Shown: positions 24,700 to 38,365, counted from the whole stretch's first letter. The stretch: DNA of 63,865 bases, filler included, from Lama guanicoe (GCA_013239625.1; 206 parts of 206 records of this genome joined end to end with filler, not necessarily neighbours in it); one strand, 5' to 3'. Program-made: numbers and translations. The notes: generated from the letters alone by a model not told the origin.

Positions 24700-26704
24700 N
24701 NNNNNNNNNNNNNNNNNNNNNNNNNNNNNNNNNNNNNNNNNNNTTAATTAATTAANNNNNNNNNNNNNNNNNNNNNNNNNNNNNNNNNNNNNNNNNNNNT
24801 TTCCCCTGCCCTCCCAGGGCTCAGCCCCAGGAGAGTCCTGATCAAGGCGAGGGAGGGCGCAGGGCCTTGTAGAGAGGGGACACGGGACTGCAGAAGAAGC
24901 AGCAATCTACCTGCACCCTGCTTGGCCAGCTTTGTCTTTCTGTAGCATGAACCCAGAGCGGTCCCTGTATCACAGGCCCCCATCCCTGCATCCCTGCACA
25001 CACATCTGANNNNNNNNNNNNNNNNNNNNNNNNNNNNNNNNNNNNNNNNNNNNTTAATTAATTAANNNNNNNNNNNNNNNNNNNNNNNNNNNNNNNNNNN
25101 NNNNNNNNNCGGAGGAGGGAGCCGGTGTTACCAGGGTTTCCGGGTTGCCAAGTGTGGACGCAGTGAGGCCACTTCATCACTGGCCTGGGTCTGACCCAGC
25201 CCTTGGCATCACTGTGCACACTCTCTGGCCCCCTTGGCCTGCTGGGAGGGCCGGCTCTGGTCACTGCCCCTTCTGGTTTCCTGCAGCTGGAAGTCCAGAC
25301 GCTGGGGCTCGGTTCCGGGNNNNNNNNNNNNNNNNNNNNNNNNNNNNNNNNNNNNNNNNNNNNTTAATTAATTAANNNNNNNNNNNNNNNNNNNNNNNNN
25401 NNNNNNNNNNNNNNNNNNNAGCTTATGCCAGACACCTTGTTTATAATTTTCTTGGAAGAATATATGTACACACCTGAAAAGTTAAGTAAACAAGAGAGTG
25501 ATTGAATAACCAAGCAACTGAGAGATGCAGACAGGGGGCCTATTGCAGTCAGACGGAGGAGACAGCACTGGGGCCTGGCGTGATCCTGGAAGGCGTCTTA
25601 GAAGAAGAAGCGCGTGAGCTGCTCCCTGANNNNNNNNNNNNNNNNNNNNNNNNNNNNNNNNNNNNNNNNNNNNTTAATTAATTAANNNNNNNNNNNNNNN
25701 NNNNNNNNNNNNNNNNNNNNNNNNNNNNNCCTTCCTGAAACTGTAATTTGAACATTTCATTTCAACACTGCTCTTTCCCAACTTGTCTGCATTCTCTTAC
25801 CATGCCAGTAAAGGTCATTTTTCTTTTTTTTACATTTAATTTTTATTGAATACAACATAAAGTACACAAATGTTAAATATACTGCTACATAGCATGTATA
25901 TGATGAACAATTGTTAAATGAATGAATACATGAGTAAACNNNNNNNNNNNNNNNNNNNNNNNNNNNNNNNNNNNNNNNNNNNNTTAATTAATTAANNNNN
26001 NNNNNNNNNNNNNNNNNNNNNNNNNNNNNNNNNNNNNNNGCGCTGGGCTGTGACAACACAAAAACGAATGGGACACAGCCACTGCCCTACGAGACTACAG
26101 AGGAGAGACAGGTCAGTGGGGTGGCCAGGGAGACACCGTCGCAGAAATGCAGGGAAGGGACACAGAGCAAGTGCTATGCATGCACACAGGGAGTCACTCA
26201 GTCCGCTGGTTCCCGGGGAGGGCACGGGCTTGGTCTGTCCGTCTGTCAANNNNNNNNNNNNNNNNNNNNNNNNNNNNNNNNNNNNNNNNNNNNTTAATTA
26301 ATTAANNNNNNNNNNNNNNNNNNNNNNNNNNNNNNNNNNNNNNNNNNNNTTTATTATTTTTACATCTTAAAAAAGAGAAAATCAAAACTAGTCCAAGTAA
26401 TTTGTCCAAGGCTATATGCTTAGTAAATCAACTGAAGGAAATTAAAAAATCTTTTTCAAAATGGTAAAGTCTGTGTACTACATTCTGTACATGCATATTC
26501 TTCAAGGCTTAGTAATATTGGTGTTCTTAAATATTGCATATAATTCAGCAAATAAAGATNNNNNNNNNNNNNNNNNNNNNNNNNNNNNNNNNNNNNNNNN
26601 NNNTTAATTAATTAANNNNNNNNNNNNNNNNNNNNNNNNNNNNNNNNNNNNNNNNNNNNGGTGACCAGGAATCTCCACAGACAGGAAGGTTTCTGTAACA
26701 GGCC

Positions 26705-26869
26705 TGTGTTGGGTGGCCCCCAAGATGGGCCCTAAGGATCCCCTGGTATTCAGCCCTTAGGTAGCTGCCCCCCTTGAGTGCAGACTGGACCTAGGACCTG
26801 CTTCTAACAAACAGAATATCACAGAAGTCATAGGATGACACTTCCAAGTTACAAAATGTCTGTCACTTC
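26705..26869 (+). mobile_element. MaLR LTR (MLT1-type) 5' part
   Basis: ccccttgagtgcagactggacctaggacctgcttctaacaaacagaata...ggatgacacttcc. Confidence 0.75.
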
Positions 26870-27329
26870 NNNNNNNNNNNNNNNNNNNNNNNNNNNNNNN
26901 NNNNNNNNNNNNNTTAATTAATTAANNNNNNNNNNNNNNNNNNNNNNNNNNNNNNNNNNNNNNNNNNNNACTGGAATTCAAACATTATCAGTGACAACTC
27001 ATCTACAATGGCAGAAGGAAACTGAACTGTTAACAAAAGGGATGTCTTAGTGCAACAGACTGACCAAATTAGGAAAGAATAAATAAATAAACACAAAAAC
27101 TCAAAGCTACAGAGATTAATTTAATTTGGTTGCTTCCCTGGAAAGCACTCAGAATGATGGAAATAGGAAGGGGGAAAAANNNNNNNNNNNNNNNNNNNNN
27201 NNNNNNNNNNNNNNNNNNNNNNNTTAATTAATTAANNNNNNNNNNNNNNNNNNNNNNNNNNNNNNNNNNNNNNNNNNNNGTGTTGCCCGGTAACTGCACA
27301 AAGGGGCTTCTCAGGAGAAGGCTGTCTGT

Positions 27330-27489
27330 GTTCAAATGTGGCTCTGATGTTTGCTAGCTCTGCAATCTCTGGTGTTGTATGAGTCTCTAAGTCTCTCAGT
27401 TTCCTACTGTATCAAAAGGGACAGTGATGCACTGGCCTCCCAAGCTTGTGTAAAGGTCAAATGCAAAAGCACACATGCACAGCTTAGCA
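27330..27489. mobile_element. MIR SINE
   Basis: gttcaaatgtggctctg...ctagctctgcaatct...tctctaagtctctcagtttcc...tgtatcaaaaggg...agcttagca. Confidence 0.75.
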
Positions 27490-28529
27490 NNNNNNNNNNN
27501 NNNNNNNNNNNNNNNNNNNNNNNNNNNNNNNNNTTAATTAATTAANNNNNNNNNNNNNNNNNNNNNNNNNNNNNNNNNNNNNNNNNNNNCTTTATATGGT
27601 GACTTGTGTAAACATGTCTCATGAAAGAACCAATCAGATTAGGTCATGGGGTGTAAGCTCGGTGACAACTGTCATAGCACATTGATGAATCACCATCAGT
27701 GATGAGGTGTCTGCAAGTCGTCTTTTACTAAAAATAAGGAACCTAAGCTTGTGAATGATTTCCCTATTTTTAAATAGGGGGTGAATTGAAGGTTATCTCN
27801 NNNNNNNNNNNNNNNNNNNNNNNNNNNNNNNNNNNNNNNNNNNTTAATTAATTAANNNNNNNNNNNNNNNNNNNNNNNNNNNNNNNNNNNNNNNNNNNNG
27901 AAAGGATGAAAAAGCTTAGGTTTAAAGGGCTTTATTTCATTCTGTTTTGGATGTTTGACCTGGGCAATCAAAGTAGAGCAGAACTAACTAACTAAAGATG
28001 AAAGGGTTAAAAATATCCCAACACCTATCGGTACAGTGTCATTATATTCAGGGTCAATTTTTAACTTTCTAAAGTGAGTAATTTGAGGAACAGTTTAAGT
28101 GCAAAAAAANNNNNNNNNNNNNNNNNNNNNNNNNNNNNNNNNNNNNNNNNNNNTTAATTAATTAANNNNNNNNNNNNNNNNNNNNNNNNNNNNNNNNNNN
28201 NNNNNNNNNAACAATATTAACTCTTGGTAATTTTTCTGTAGTTAATTTGTATCTGGTCATTTAAAGGCCAAAGTGGCCCATTTTGACTCTGATTTAGTCG
28301 TGTGTTTTGACTTAAGTAGTTTTTGTCCTTGTCCCCACTACCCTTTCCTCTCATTTGGAGTTTGGGCACAGTTCCAGCATTTAGCGAAGACTGCAGAATA
28401 GACAAAGCAGACTAGCTTCNNNNNNNNNNNNNNNNNNNNNNNNNNNNNNNNNNNNNNNNNNNNTTAATTAATTAANNNNNNNNNNNNNNNNNNNNNNNNN
28501 NNNNNNNNNNNNNNNNNNNGAGATGTATC

Positions 28530-28700
28530 TGTCAGGATAGGTTTTAACTGGTAACAAACAAGCCCAAGACACAGTAGCTTAACTCAACATGTTTATTTCT
28601 CACTTGTATGAGTGTGTGGAGTGTGGCCTGACAGGAGGCTTCTCCCATCATGGTCACTTGGCCACCCAGGTTGATGGAAGTGCCTTCCTCTGTTTCCTTC
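28530..28700. mobile_element. Old MaLR LTR (MLT1-type)
   Basis: tgtcaggatagg...gtaacaaacaagccca...cagtagcttaa...gtttatttctcacttg...acccaggttgatgga. Confidence 0.65.
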
Positions 28701-30693
28701 CACACTCAGCACTGCAGTAGAAGGCAGTGNNNNNNNNNNNNNNNNNNNNNNNNNNNNNNNNNNNNNNNNNNNNTTAATTAATTAANNNNNNNNNNNNNNN
28801 NNNNNNNNNNNNNNNNNNNNNNNNNNNNNAGTTTAGTTTCCAAACAACTATTTTGTAAAATAAGTACAATGGATTTGATAGAATAAAGGGCTTTATTCAT
28901 TTAGAAAGTGTGACTTTAATGGTCATTTAACTGTAATAAAATAATTTTGATAAATAATATATTTTTATGTATCTTTTATCTTCTAAGTTCTTTCTAGTCC
29001 TGGGCATTATAGGCAAAATTATTTTCCAAATAGAGAATAANNNNNNNNNNNNNNNNNNNNNNNNNNNNNNNNNNNNNNNNNNNNTTAATTAATTAANNNN
29101 NNNNNNNNNNNNNNNNNNNNNNNNNNNNNNNNNNNNNNNNGGGTTTTATTCTGTGATTAGTGTTACTGTATCACCGCCCACAAGTCTTCGCTGTGCGAGC
29201 AGAAGGCATCAGACCAAGTCGGCCGTGTGTCTGGAGTCCGTGAACGCTGGTCAGCGCTGCGGCACGCCGACCCCCGAGCGGTCACAGAGCCGGACCGGCT
29301 TGTGCTTCTCCAAATCCCTGGAAGATGCATCGCCTTAATTAGCAGACGGCNNNNNNNNNNNNNNNNNNNNNNNNNNNNNNNNNNNNNNNNNNNNTTAATT
29401 AATTAANNNNNNNNNNNNNNNNNNNNNNNNNNNNNNNNNNNNNNNNNNNNTTAGAAGTTACAAGTAAGGATTTAGTTAACAAATGATTATTGAATTTTTA
29501 ATGTAAATTTTGTGTCCTGCACTGTAAAAATTTGAAATCTACAGTCATAGACTATAGAACAAGCGGATATACACAAGACAAGTTAAGCCCACACTGTTTC
29601 AAGAGGCTTCCATTTTTAAAATGTATTAAATATTTATTTTCACAGATTGATGTGTTTAGGNNNNNNNNNNNNNNNNNNNNNNNNNNNNNNNNNNNNNNNN
29701 NNNNTTAATTAATTAANNNNNNNNNNNNNNNNNNNNNNNNNNNNNNNNNNNNNNNNNNNNATTAAACTTTAGAATAATAGGATTCCATAGCTATTAGTGG
29801 TTATTTCTAGCACCCTACCCCCTCAGCTCCTGGTAAGACTAAACTATTTCCTGTCTCAATAGTTTGGGACCATTCTGGACATTTTCTTATAAACTGATCC
29901 CTACAACTGGAGGCTGTTTTCGTTATCATAATGTTTTCAAGATTCATTTATATTGTAGTATATATCAGTACNNNNNNNNNNNNNNNNNNNNNNNNNNNNN
30001 NNNNNNNNNNNNNNNTTAATTAATTAANNNNNNNNNNNNNNNNNNNNNNNNNNNNNNNNNNNNNNNNNNNNGGGCTCTCCATGTGTCACGGAGTCTCGGT
30101 TAACTTTTGGTAGAATATGAGTCTGGACACTAAAAGACAAATAATCTGACTGTAACTACCCTCCACTCTTAACAAAGCAAATAATCAGGATTGTCCTCTC
30201 TGTTACCTTCCTCTCTAGTTGTCATCTTATGACAGATTGCCACCTCCTCCTTTATCAAAGACACTTTAATTTTAGCAGACAANNNNNNNNNNNNNNNNNN
30301 NNNNNNNNNNNNNNNNNNNNNNNNNNTTAATTAATTAANNNNNNNNNNNNNNNNNNNNNNNNNNNNNNNNNNNNNNNNNNNNTTTTTTTTTTCCAAATAA
30401 TTTTCTGTTGGATATTTAACTGGTCATTTCCAAAATATGTATAATATACAAGGCAGGACACTGTGTCAGGAGCATTCTCATTTCTCTGCAGCTGCAGATG
30501 GGGAGGACCGCCATGGAATGGTGACAATGGACCAGCATGCACACAGGTGACCACATCAGGAGAGCCCACCTGTGGGACCTGAGGAACCCCAGTNNNNNNN
30601 NNNNNNNNNNNNNNNNNNNNNNNNNNNNNNNNNNNNNTTAATTAATTAANNNNNNNNNNNNNNNNNNNNNNNNNNNNNNNNNNNNNNNNNNNN

Positions 30694-30904
30694 ATATTTT
30701 TGCATATGGGTATCCAAAATTTTTAGTGCCATTTGTTGAAAATATTATCTTTTTCCGCTGAATGCCCTTGGCAACTTTGCCAAGATCCAATTTACCATAT
30801 ATGTACAAGTCTGTTTCTGGGCTCTGTTCTGTTCCTTTAATCAACATATCTTAACGCCAGTATCATATTACCTTGATTACTTCAACTTTTTAGAAAGTTT
30901 TAAA
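30694..30904 (-). mobile_element. LINE-1 ORF2 fragment
   Basis: ttgcatatgggtatccaa...ccatttgttgaaaa...ccatatatgtacaagtctgtttctgggctctgttctgttcc. Confidence 0.9.
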
Positions 30905-31004
30905 NNNNNNNNNNNNNNNNNNNNNNNNNNNNNNNNNNNNNNNNNNNNTTAATTAATTAANNNNNNNNNNNNNNNNNNNNNNNNNNNNNNNNNNNNNNNN
31001 NNNN

Positions 31005-31120
31005 CCGGCCGCGCGCCCGTGGGGCGGGCCGGACTCGCCGCTCGCTCGCACGCCCTTGGGCCGGGCCGGGCGCCCGCTCTGCCTTCCGCTTCCGACGCGC
31101 GCGGTCGGTCGAGCCGGTGT
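31005..31120 (+). promoter_or_regulatory. LYPLA1: LYPLA1 CpG-island promoter / 5' UTR
   Basis: CpG-dense, with a GC box (ggggcggg at 31021) and cttccgcttccg ETS-like motifs, directly upstream of the LYPLA1 ATG. Confidence 0.8.
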
Positions 31121-31189
31121 ATGTGCGGCAATAACATGTCTGCCCCGCTGCCCGCCGTCGTGCCCGCCGCCCGGAAGGCCACCGCCGCG
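31121..31189 (+). CDS. LYPLA1: Acyl-protein thioesterase 1 (lysophospholipase 1), first coding exon
   Basis: ATG at 31121 gives [23 protein letters not shown] (23 codons), followed immediately by the donor GTGAGT at 31190. Matches the recalled LYPLA1 N-terminus. Confidence 0.95.
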
Positions 31190-32083
31190 GTGAGTGCCGG
31201 CCCGGGGCGGGGTCANNNNNNNNNNNNNNNNNNNNNNNNNNNNNNNNNNNNNNNNNNNNTTAATTAATTAANNNNNNNNNNNNNNNNNNNNNNNNNNNNN
31301 NNNNNNNNNNNNNNNAGATGTTCAGGTGGCACCCACTTTCCCCGCAGTACAAATAATGCTACCACGTGTATCCCGACCCATCAGTGTTTGTCTGGTCAAC
31401 ACGCCTCTTGCTAAGGCTCTGGCCATGTAACGCTCAGCTGCTTCCCCTGAAAACCGCGCAACTTGCTGTCTGTTGGCGTGGGCCTTCTAGGAGAAGCGGT
31501 CACCGTGATGCTCTCCCACTGGTATTNNNNNNNNNNNNNNNNNNNNNNNNNNNNNNNNNNNNNNNNNNNNTTAATTAATTAANNNNNNNNNNNNNNNNNN
31601 NNNNNNNNNNNNNNNNNNNNNNNNNNACCACTGACTTAATCCCATTCACCTAGAAATTGCAATAATCTTTCTTTCTTTGGAATACCTGGAGTAAAGTGAG
31701 CATAGTCATCATTTTGAAAATGGTCCTCAATGCCAATAATTCAGAACCATTACAGATCTTAGCCCAGCACTTCCAGCAAGAATATTTATTGTGGATCTCA
31801 GGGATTATCCTCACATCTCCTAATGCAACCATGAGAANNNNNNNNNNNNNNNNNNNNNNNNNNNNNNNNNNNNNNNNNNNNTTAATTAATTAANNNNNNN
31901 NNNNNNNNNNNNNNNNNNNNNNNNNNNNNNNNNNNNNAACAAAAAAACTCAACAAGATAGAAATTTATTTATCATTCTAACATGCAACTTATATGTAGAC
32001 AGTCACCTTCCCACATGAATTGGAAACAAAATTAGAAAAAGACTTCTGTGTATCTAAATTATCATCTTCACAAGACAAGCGTA

Positions 32084-32148
32084 TAGTCATCCCTTGGTAT
32101 CTGCAAAAGATTGGTTCCAGGACCCCCTTGAGTACCAAAATCTGGAGA
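32084..32148 (+). mobile_element. MER2-like (TcMar-Tigger) left end
   Basis: TA at 32082-83, then tagtcatcccttggtatctgcaaaagattggttccaggaccccc...taccaaaatc. Confidence 0.8.
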
Positions 32149-33491
32149 NNNNNNNNNNNNNNNNNNNNNNNNNNNNNNNNNNNNNNNNNNNNTTAATTAA
32201 TTAANNNNNNNNNNNNNNNNNNNNNNNNNNNNNNNNNNNNNNNNNNNNTATTATATCCTATCTAAAAATTATTTAAAAGTTTTATATTTTAAAAAAACTG
32301 TTTTTTTTTGAGTTAACACTCCACTCTGAAACTCTAGTGCAACTATCTTTTTTAATTGGGAATTTTGCCTACCCACATGTATTATAACAACTGATGTACT
32401 TGATATAATATACATACCTTACTTTAAATTATCTCTGTTTTATTTTGTTCTTTCCTTTTNNNNNNNNNNNNNNNNNNNNNNNNNNNNNNNNNNNNNNNNN
32501 NNNTTAATTAATTAANNNNNNNNNNNNNNNNNNNNNNNNNNNNNNNNNNNNNNNNNNNNGAGGAGGCCTAGCATTGTTTCATGCTATAAATTAACTAAAC
32601 AGTTAGACGAATATAATTCAGTGAAGCCCATCAGAGAGAGAAATACAGTTGAGGTCGTTCGTGTTTATAGATATGGTTTTCTGTTGCATTATGTTTGCAT
32701 CTTCCTTCTAAACTGTGTGAATACATATAAATAACCATGATTATAAAATGTTTCAGTTTCCACTCATACTNNNNNNNNNNNNNNNNNNNNNNNNNNNNNN
32801 NNNNNNNNNNNNNNTTAATTAATTAANNNNNNNNNNNNNNNNNNNNNNNNNNNNNNNNNNNNNNNNNNNNTTTATTTAGAGGATTTCTGGCATCAGTTGG
32901 AAAGGAATTTTGGTGCAGAGCGAAATTTTTCATTACCCTTCAAGTCACACAATTTTCGCTTCTATTCTGTCAACAAGTAAAAGACAAGTTGTACTTCCCC
33001 CAAAAAAGGCAAGAAGAGGTTGTGGCTTGAAGCACAGGGACTCTGTGATGGGCAACACTGTTGTGGAAAATGCACACACTCNNNNNNNNNNNNNNNNNNN
33101 NNNNNNNNNNNNNNNNNNNNNNNNNTTAATTAATTAANNNNNNNNNNNNNNNNNNNNNNNNNNNNNNNNNNNNNNNNNNNNTGATGACAGTTGCACAAAG
33201 CTGGGGCTTTTGCCCCTTACTCTATTGATCCGTATGCTGACTTCACAACTTGCAACTCCAAAGCCTGGCGTTGGCTTGGAGTTTCAGGTTGATGGTGTGG
33301 AGTGCTTGGCTATGAGACACTCTCCATCCTCTCAGTATTCCGACTGGAGGGAAATCAGAAGCAGGCTGCTGGAGCAATCCAGTTCCTGCAGNNNNNNNNN
33401 NNNNNNNNNNNNNNNNNNNNNNNNNNNNNNNNNNNTTAATTAATTAANNNNNNNNNNNNNNNNNNNNNNNNNNNNNNNNNNNNNNNNNNNN

Positions 33492-33562
33492 TACCATCAC
33501 GTTGGGGAGTAAGGCTTCCACATAGGGGCACAGGGGAGGGGACACAGACATTCAGTCCACAG
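33492..33562 (-). mobile_element. MaLR LTR 5' end
   Basis: Reverse strand tgctgtggactgaatgtctgtgtcccc...cctatgtggaagccttactccccaacgtgatggta. Confidence 0.8.
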
Positions 33563-34113
33563 CAAGAAGCAAGACTAAAGCCAGAGACAAACACTGCTGA
33601 GCTTCGGTCTCTGTTCACCTACAGGTCACTCCACGTTAATATGAGAACAATTATATTGTTTTGACTTCCCTTTTTTCCCTCCCTATTCTTTTTTCTCTTT
33701 TTNNNNNNNNNNNNNNNNNNNNNNNNNNNNNNNNNNNNNNNNNNNNTTAATTAATTAANNNNNNNNNNNNNNNNNNNNNNNNNNNNNNNNNNNNNNNNNN
33801 NNTTCTGGTTTCACAGTCATGGGTTTTGCTGGATGTGGGTTCCTTTCTGTCGGTTAGGAGGTAGACGATGTGGTGAGTGGCAGACGGCGGTGTCACTGAC
33901 ACGACTTCACGCTGCCTCCAGTTTGTGAATGTTGCTGAGTGTAACGCACTCTGCAGTCTGCCTATTTGTCCGGTTATCCTGGTCTTTACATGCCAGAGCT
34001 GGAAGTAAAGCCCNNNNNNNNNNNNNNNNNNNNNNNNNNNNNNNNNNNNNNNNNNNNTTAATTAATTAANNNNNNNNNNNNNNNNNNNNNNNNNNNNNNN
34101 NNNNNNNNNNNNN

Positions 34114-34324
34114 TCTTGCATTGGAAGAATTAAGATTGTTAAAATTGCCACAATGTCCAAACCCATCTACAGATTTAATGTGATCCCCATCAAATTACCC
34201 AGCACATTTTTCACAGAATTACAACAAATTACCCTCAAATTTATATGGAATCACAGAAGATCCAGAATTACCAAAGCATTACAGAAGGAAAACAATTAAG
34301 ATGGAAGAATAACCCTCCCAGACT
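34114..34324 (+). mobile_element. Decayed LINE-1 ORF2 fragment, copy A
   Basis: ttggaagaattaagattgttaaaattgcc...catctacagatttaatgtgatccccatcaaattacc...ataaccctcccagact. Confidence 0.95.
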
Positions 34325-34424
34325 NNNNNNNNNNNNNNNNNNNNNNNNNNNNNNNNNNNNNNNNNNNNTTAATTAATTAANNNNNNNNNNNNNNNNNNNN
34401 NNNNNNNNNNNNNNNNNNNNNNNN

Positions 34425-34635
34425 TCTTGCATTGGAAGAATTAAGATTGTTAAAATTGCCACAATGTCCAAACTCATCGACAGATTTAATGTGATCCTCA
34501 TCAAATTACCCAGCACATTTTTCACAGAATTACAACAAATTATCCTCAAATTTATATGGAATCACAGAAGACCCAGAATTACCAACGCATTACAGAAGGA
34601 AAACAATTAAGATGGAAGAATAACCCTCCCAGACT
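34425..34635 (+). mobile_element. Decayed LINE-1 ORF2 fragment, copy B (205/211 identical to copy A)
   Basis: Same start and end as 34114-34324, with six substitutions counted by eye. Confidence 0.95.
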
Positions 34636-35978
34636 NNNNNNNNNNNNNNNNNNNNNNNNNNNNNNNNNNNNNNNNNNNNTTAATTAATTAANNNNNNNNN
34701 NNNNNNNNNNNNNNNNNNNNNNNNNNNNNNNNNNNTTCAGTTGAATCAGTGTTAACCCTAGGCAAAGTTCTTCACCCATTTCCAATCCCCATACTCCATT
34801 TTGGTACCCGCCACACCCCTCGGTGCCATCTTCCACATTTCAGCACATGTCCCAGGTCCTTCAGCTGTGCTGTTTCCCTGCACTGCACACACCCATTCAA
34901 AAGATTTAACCTGGATCTGCCTTCTGAGTCCTATTATCAATGCTCCNNNNNNNNNNNNNNNNNNNNNNNNNNNNNNNNNNNNNNNNNNNNTTAATTAATT
35001 AANNNNNNNNNNNNNNNNNNNNNNNNNNNNNNNNNNNNNNNNNNNNGCCAGGGAAAGCTATAGGTGTTTGCATGCAATCCCAGTGACTGAGGCTGCCTCC
35101 CCATGTTCAGTGAAGGTATTTCTCGGACTTCCCCGTTCAGGGAACCCTTGTGACTGAAGAGAGCTGCGTGGAGTTGTCTCTCGACATCCCTCACGCACTG
35201 ACATTGGTTCCGGAATCCTGAGCGTGGGGCGGTTTCACCAACTGTCGGCAGCGCGTNNNNNNNNNNNNNNNNNNNNNNNNNNNNNNNNNNNNNNNNNNNN
35301 TTAATTAATTAANNNNNNNNNNNNNNNNNNNNNNNNNNNNNNNNNNNNNNNNNNNNAAAAAAAATTAAAAATTAAAGAAAAAAAGAAATATGAGACCAAA
35401 CCAAAAATAGAAGGGGAAAAACCCCATAATTCTCAACTTTCAGGTTGTGCATTTTTCTTCAGTTAACATTATCATTCCTTTAAAAATAGACAAACAAGCT
35501 CATCTCTAACAGTTGGAAAATTTATGTCATCTCCTTTTCTCTGACCTTCTGCTTCCATTCTTTTTACNNNNNNNNNNNNNNNNNNNNNNNNNNNNNNNNN
35601 NNNNNNNNNNNTTAATTAATTAANNNNNNNNNNNNNNNNNNNNNNNNNNNNNNNNNNNNNNNNNNNNTCCTGTGCAGTGCTGGCTCCCTTCACCCTCGGC
35701 TCCTGTCTCCCAGGGGGGGCCCCGCACAGAGCATTCCTGTGGGCCTGGCCTGCAGCAAATACCCAGGGTGCCACCGCGGCCCACTGTCTCCCCGGGACCG
35801 GTGGCCGTGTTGTCCCAGCACTTAGGCTACCCTCTGCACCTCTGGTTTTGATAAAAACATTATTTGTGGCTTTTGTTTNNNNNNNNNNNNNNNNNNNNNN
35901 NNNNNNNNNNNNNNNNNNNNNNTTAATTAATTAANNNNNNNNNNNNNNNNNNNNNNNNNNNNNNNNNNNNNNNNNNNN

Positions 35979-36189
<211 letters not shown>

Positions 36190-36289
36190 NNNNNNNNNNN
36201 NNNNNNNNNNNNNNNNNNNNNNNNNNNNNNNNNTTAATTAATTAANNNNNNNNNNNNNNNNNNNNNNNNNNNNNNNNNNNNNNNNNNNN

Positions 36290-36500
36290 AGAAAAAGAGA
36301 CAACTTTGGAAGAAGCAAGAGAAAAAAAAAAAAACACACAACTAACTTTCTCACATACAAGGGAACTCCCATAAGGCTACCAGTGAATTTTTCACAGAAA
36401 CCTTTCCATCTAGGACAGAGCGGGATAATACATTCAAAGTGCTGAGATAAAAAAAAAAACTGCCAACCAAGAATATTTTACCCAGTGAGGCTGTTTTTCA
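36290..36500 (+). mobile_element. Old LINE-1 ORF1 fragment
   Basis: cacatacaagggaactcccataaggcta...ttttcacagaaacc...gggataatacattcaaagtgctga...ctgccaaccaagaata. Confidence 0.85.
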
Positions 36501-38154
36501 NNNNNNNNNNNNNNNNNNNNNNNNNNNNNNNNNNNNNNNNNNNNTTAATTAATTAANNNNNNNNNNNNNNNNNNNNNNNNNNNNNNNNNNNNNNNNNNNN
36601 TAACTAGTTTATTGATTTTTAAAAAGCTGAAAGGAATGTATATTTTTTTAAAAAAAGCCTTAAAGAAAAGTAAAGCCACAGAGTAGATCTCAAATTTCAA
36701 ATGCGGAATATCAGACACTGTGAAATTGAGTGGAAAATTATATATGCATATGAGTATATATATATATATATATACACATATAATATATACTATCCATAGA
36801 GAGAGTACAGCNNNNNNNNNNNNNNNNNNNNNNNNNNNNNNNNNNNNNNNNNNNNTTAATTAATTAANNNNNNNNNNNNNNNNNNNNNNNNNNNNNNNNN
36901 NNNNNNNNNNNCGGCTTTCACACACGCTTATCTCTCAAAACTGAGCATGTGGAGAGACGTGCGGTGATGTAACAAAAAGGGAACAGGTTGCAGGTGAAAC
37001 ACTAACTGTGGTTTCTCAGTCTTTCTCCTAGTGCCGGTATGAACTTCCTCCTCTTTTCACTGTAAAAACGATTTGGAGCTTGGACTTCCCCATATATATG
37101 TATGTAGTGGAGTTTGCAACTNNNNNNNNNNNNNNNNNNNNNNNNNNNNNNNNNNNNNNNNNNNNTTAATTAATTAANNNNNNNNNNNNNNNNNNNNNNN
37201 NNNNNNNNNNNNNNNNNNNNNCATTGTATTAATTTAAGGTGAACAACATAATGATTTGCTGTATATATATATATATTGTGAAATGGTTACCCCACTAAGT
37301 TCAGTTACTTTACATATCTATAATTTTTTTCTTGTGATGAGAACTTTAAAGATACACTTTCTTAGCAATTTTCAAATATATAGTTGTTTTCTTGCTATTA
37401 AAAGTAATAACTAGAGCAGTAATAGCATTAATNNNNNNNNNNNNNNNNNNNNNNNNNNNNNNNNNNNNNNNNNNNNTTAATTAATTAANNNNNNNNNNNN
37501 NNNNNNNNNNNNNNNNNNNNNNNNNNNNNNNNCATATTGAGTGAGAGAAAAATAAAGCAAATAAAATGAGAAATCAAAGTGCTATCAAGGATAAAACATA
37601 AATCAACCATTAGATGCACAAAAAGAGCTATACCTAATAAGCCAACAAATAAAAGATATAAAACACTATCCAGTTAATCCCCAAAGAGGCCAGGAAAGAG
37701 GAGGAAATATCAAAGAAAAAATGGGACAAATGAAAAAAAGCATNNNNNNNNNNNNNNNNNNNNNNNNNNNNNNNNNNNNNNNNNNNNTTAATTAATTAAN
37801 NNNNNNNNNNNNNNNNNNNNNNNNNNNNNNNNNNNNNNNNNNNCATCAGAGCCCTGGGCACTGTCGCTGCCTGGGGGAGAACAAAACCAGGAGGTGGTCA
37901 GAACCCACAGGATAGAAACTAGAAACGGAACTCTGAGGTGGGGATGATCTCCCCCCATGGCTTCCCAGCTCCACCATCACAAGGGTCTCAGGAAAGACAG
38001 TCACGCTGTACTTACTTGCAGCCTGAGCATAGCTCCCTTCTTTTTCACCTGTGANNNNNNNNNNNNNNNNNNNNNNNNNNNNNNNNNNNNNNNNNNNNTT
38101 AATTAATTAANNNNNNNNNNNNNNNNNNNNNNNNNNNNNNNNNNNNNNNNNNNN

Positions 38155-38365
38155 GAAGTTTTCAGTGCTATAATTGCATTCTTCAGCTTCAAAATTTCGG
38201 TTTCGTTCTTTTTTTATGCTTTCTATTTTCATACTGAAATTGTTTCTTTGTTTGTGTATTGTTTTCCAAATTGTATTTAGTTCCCTATGTTCTCTTGTAG
38301 CTCAGTGAACTTCTTGAAGCTTTGTTAGGCAGTTTGTAGATCTCTGTTTCTTTGGAGTTGGTTAT
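38155..38365 (-). mobile_element. Old LINE-1 5'/ORF1-region fragment
   Basis: ttgcattcttcagcttcaaaatttc...gttctcttgtagctcagtgaacttctt...tctctgtttctttggagttggtta. Confidence 0.75.
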
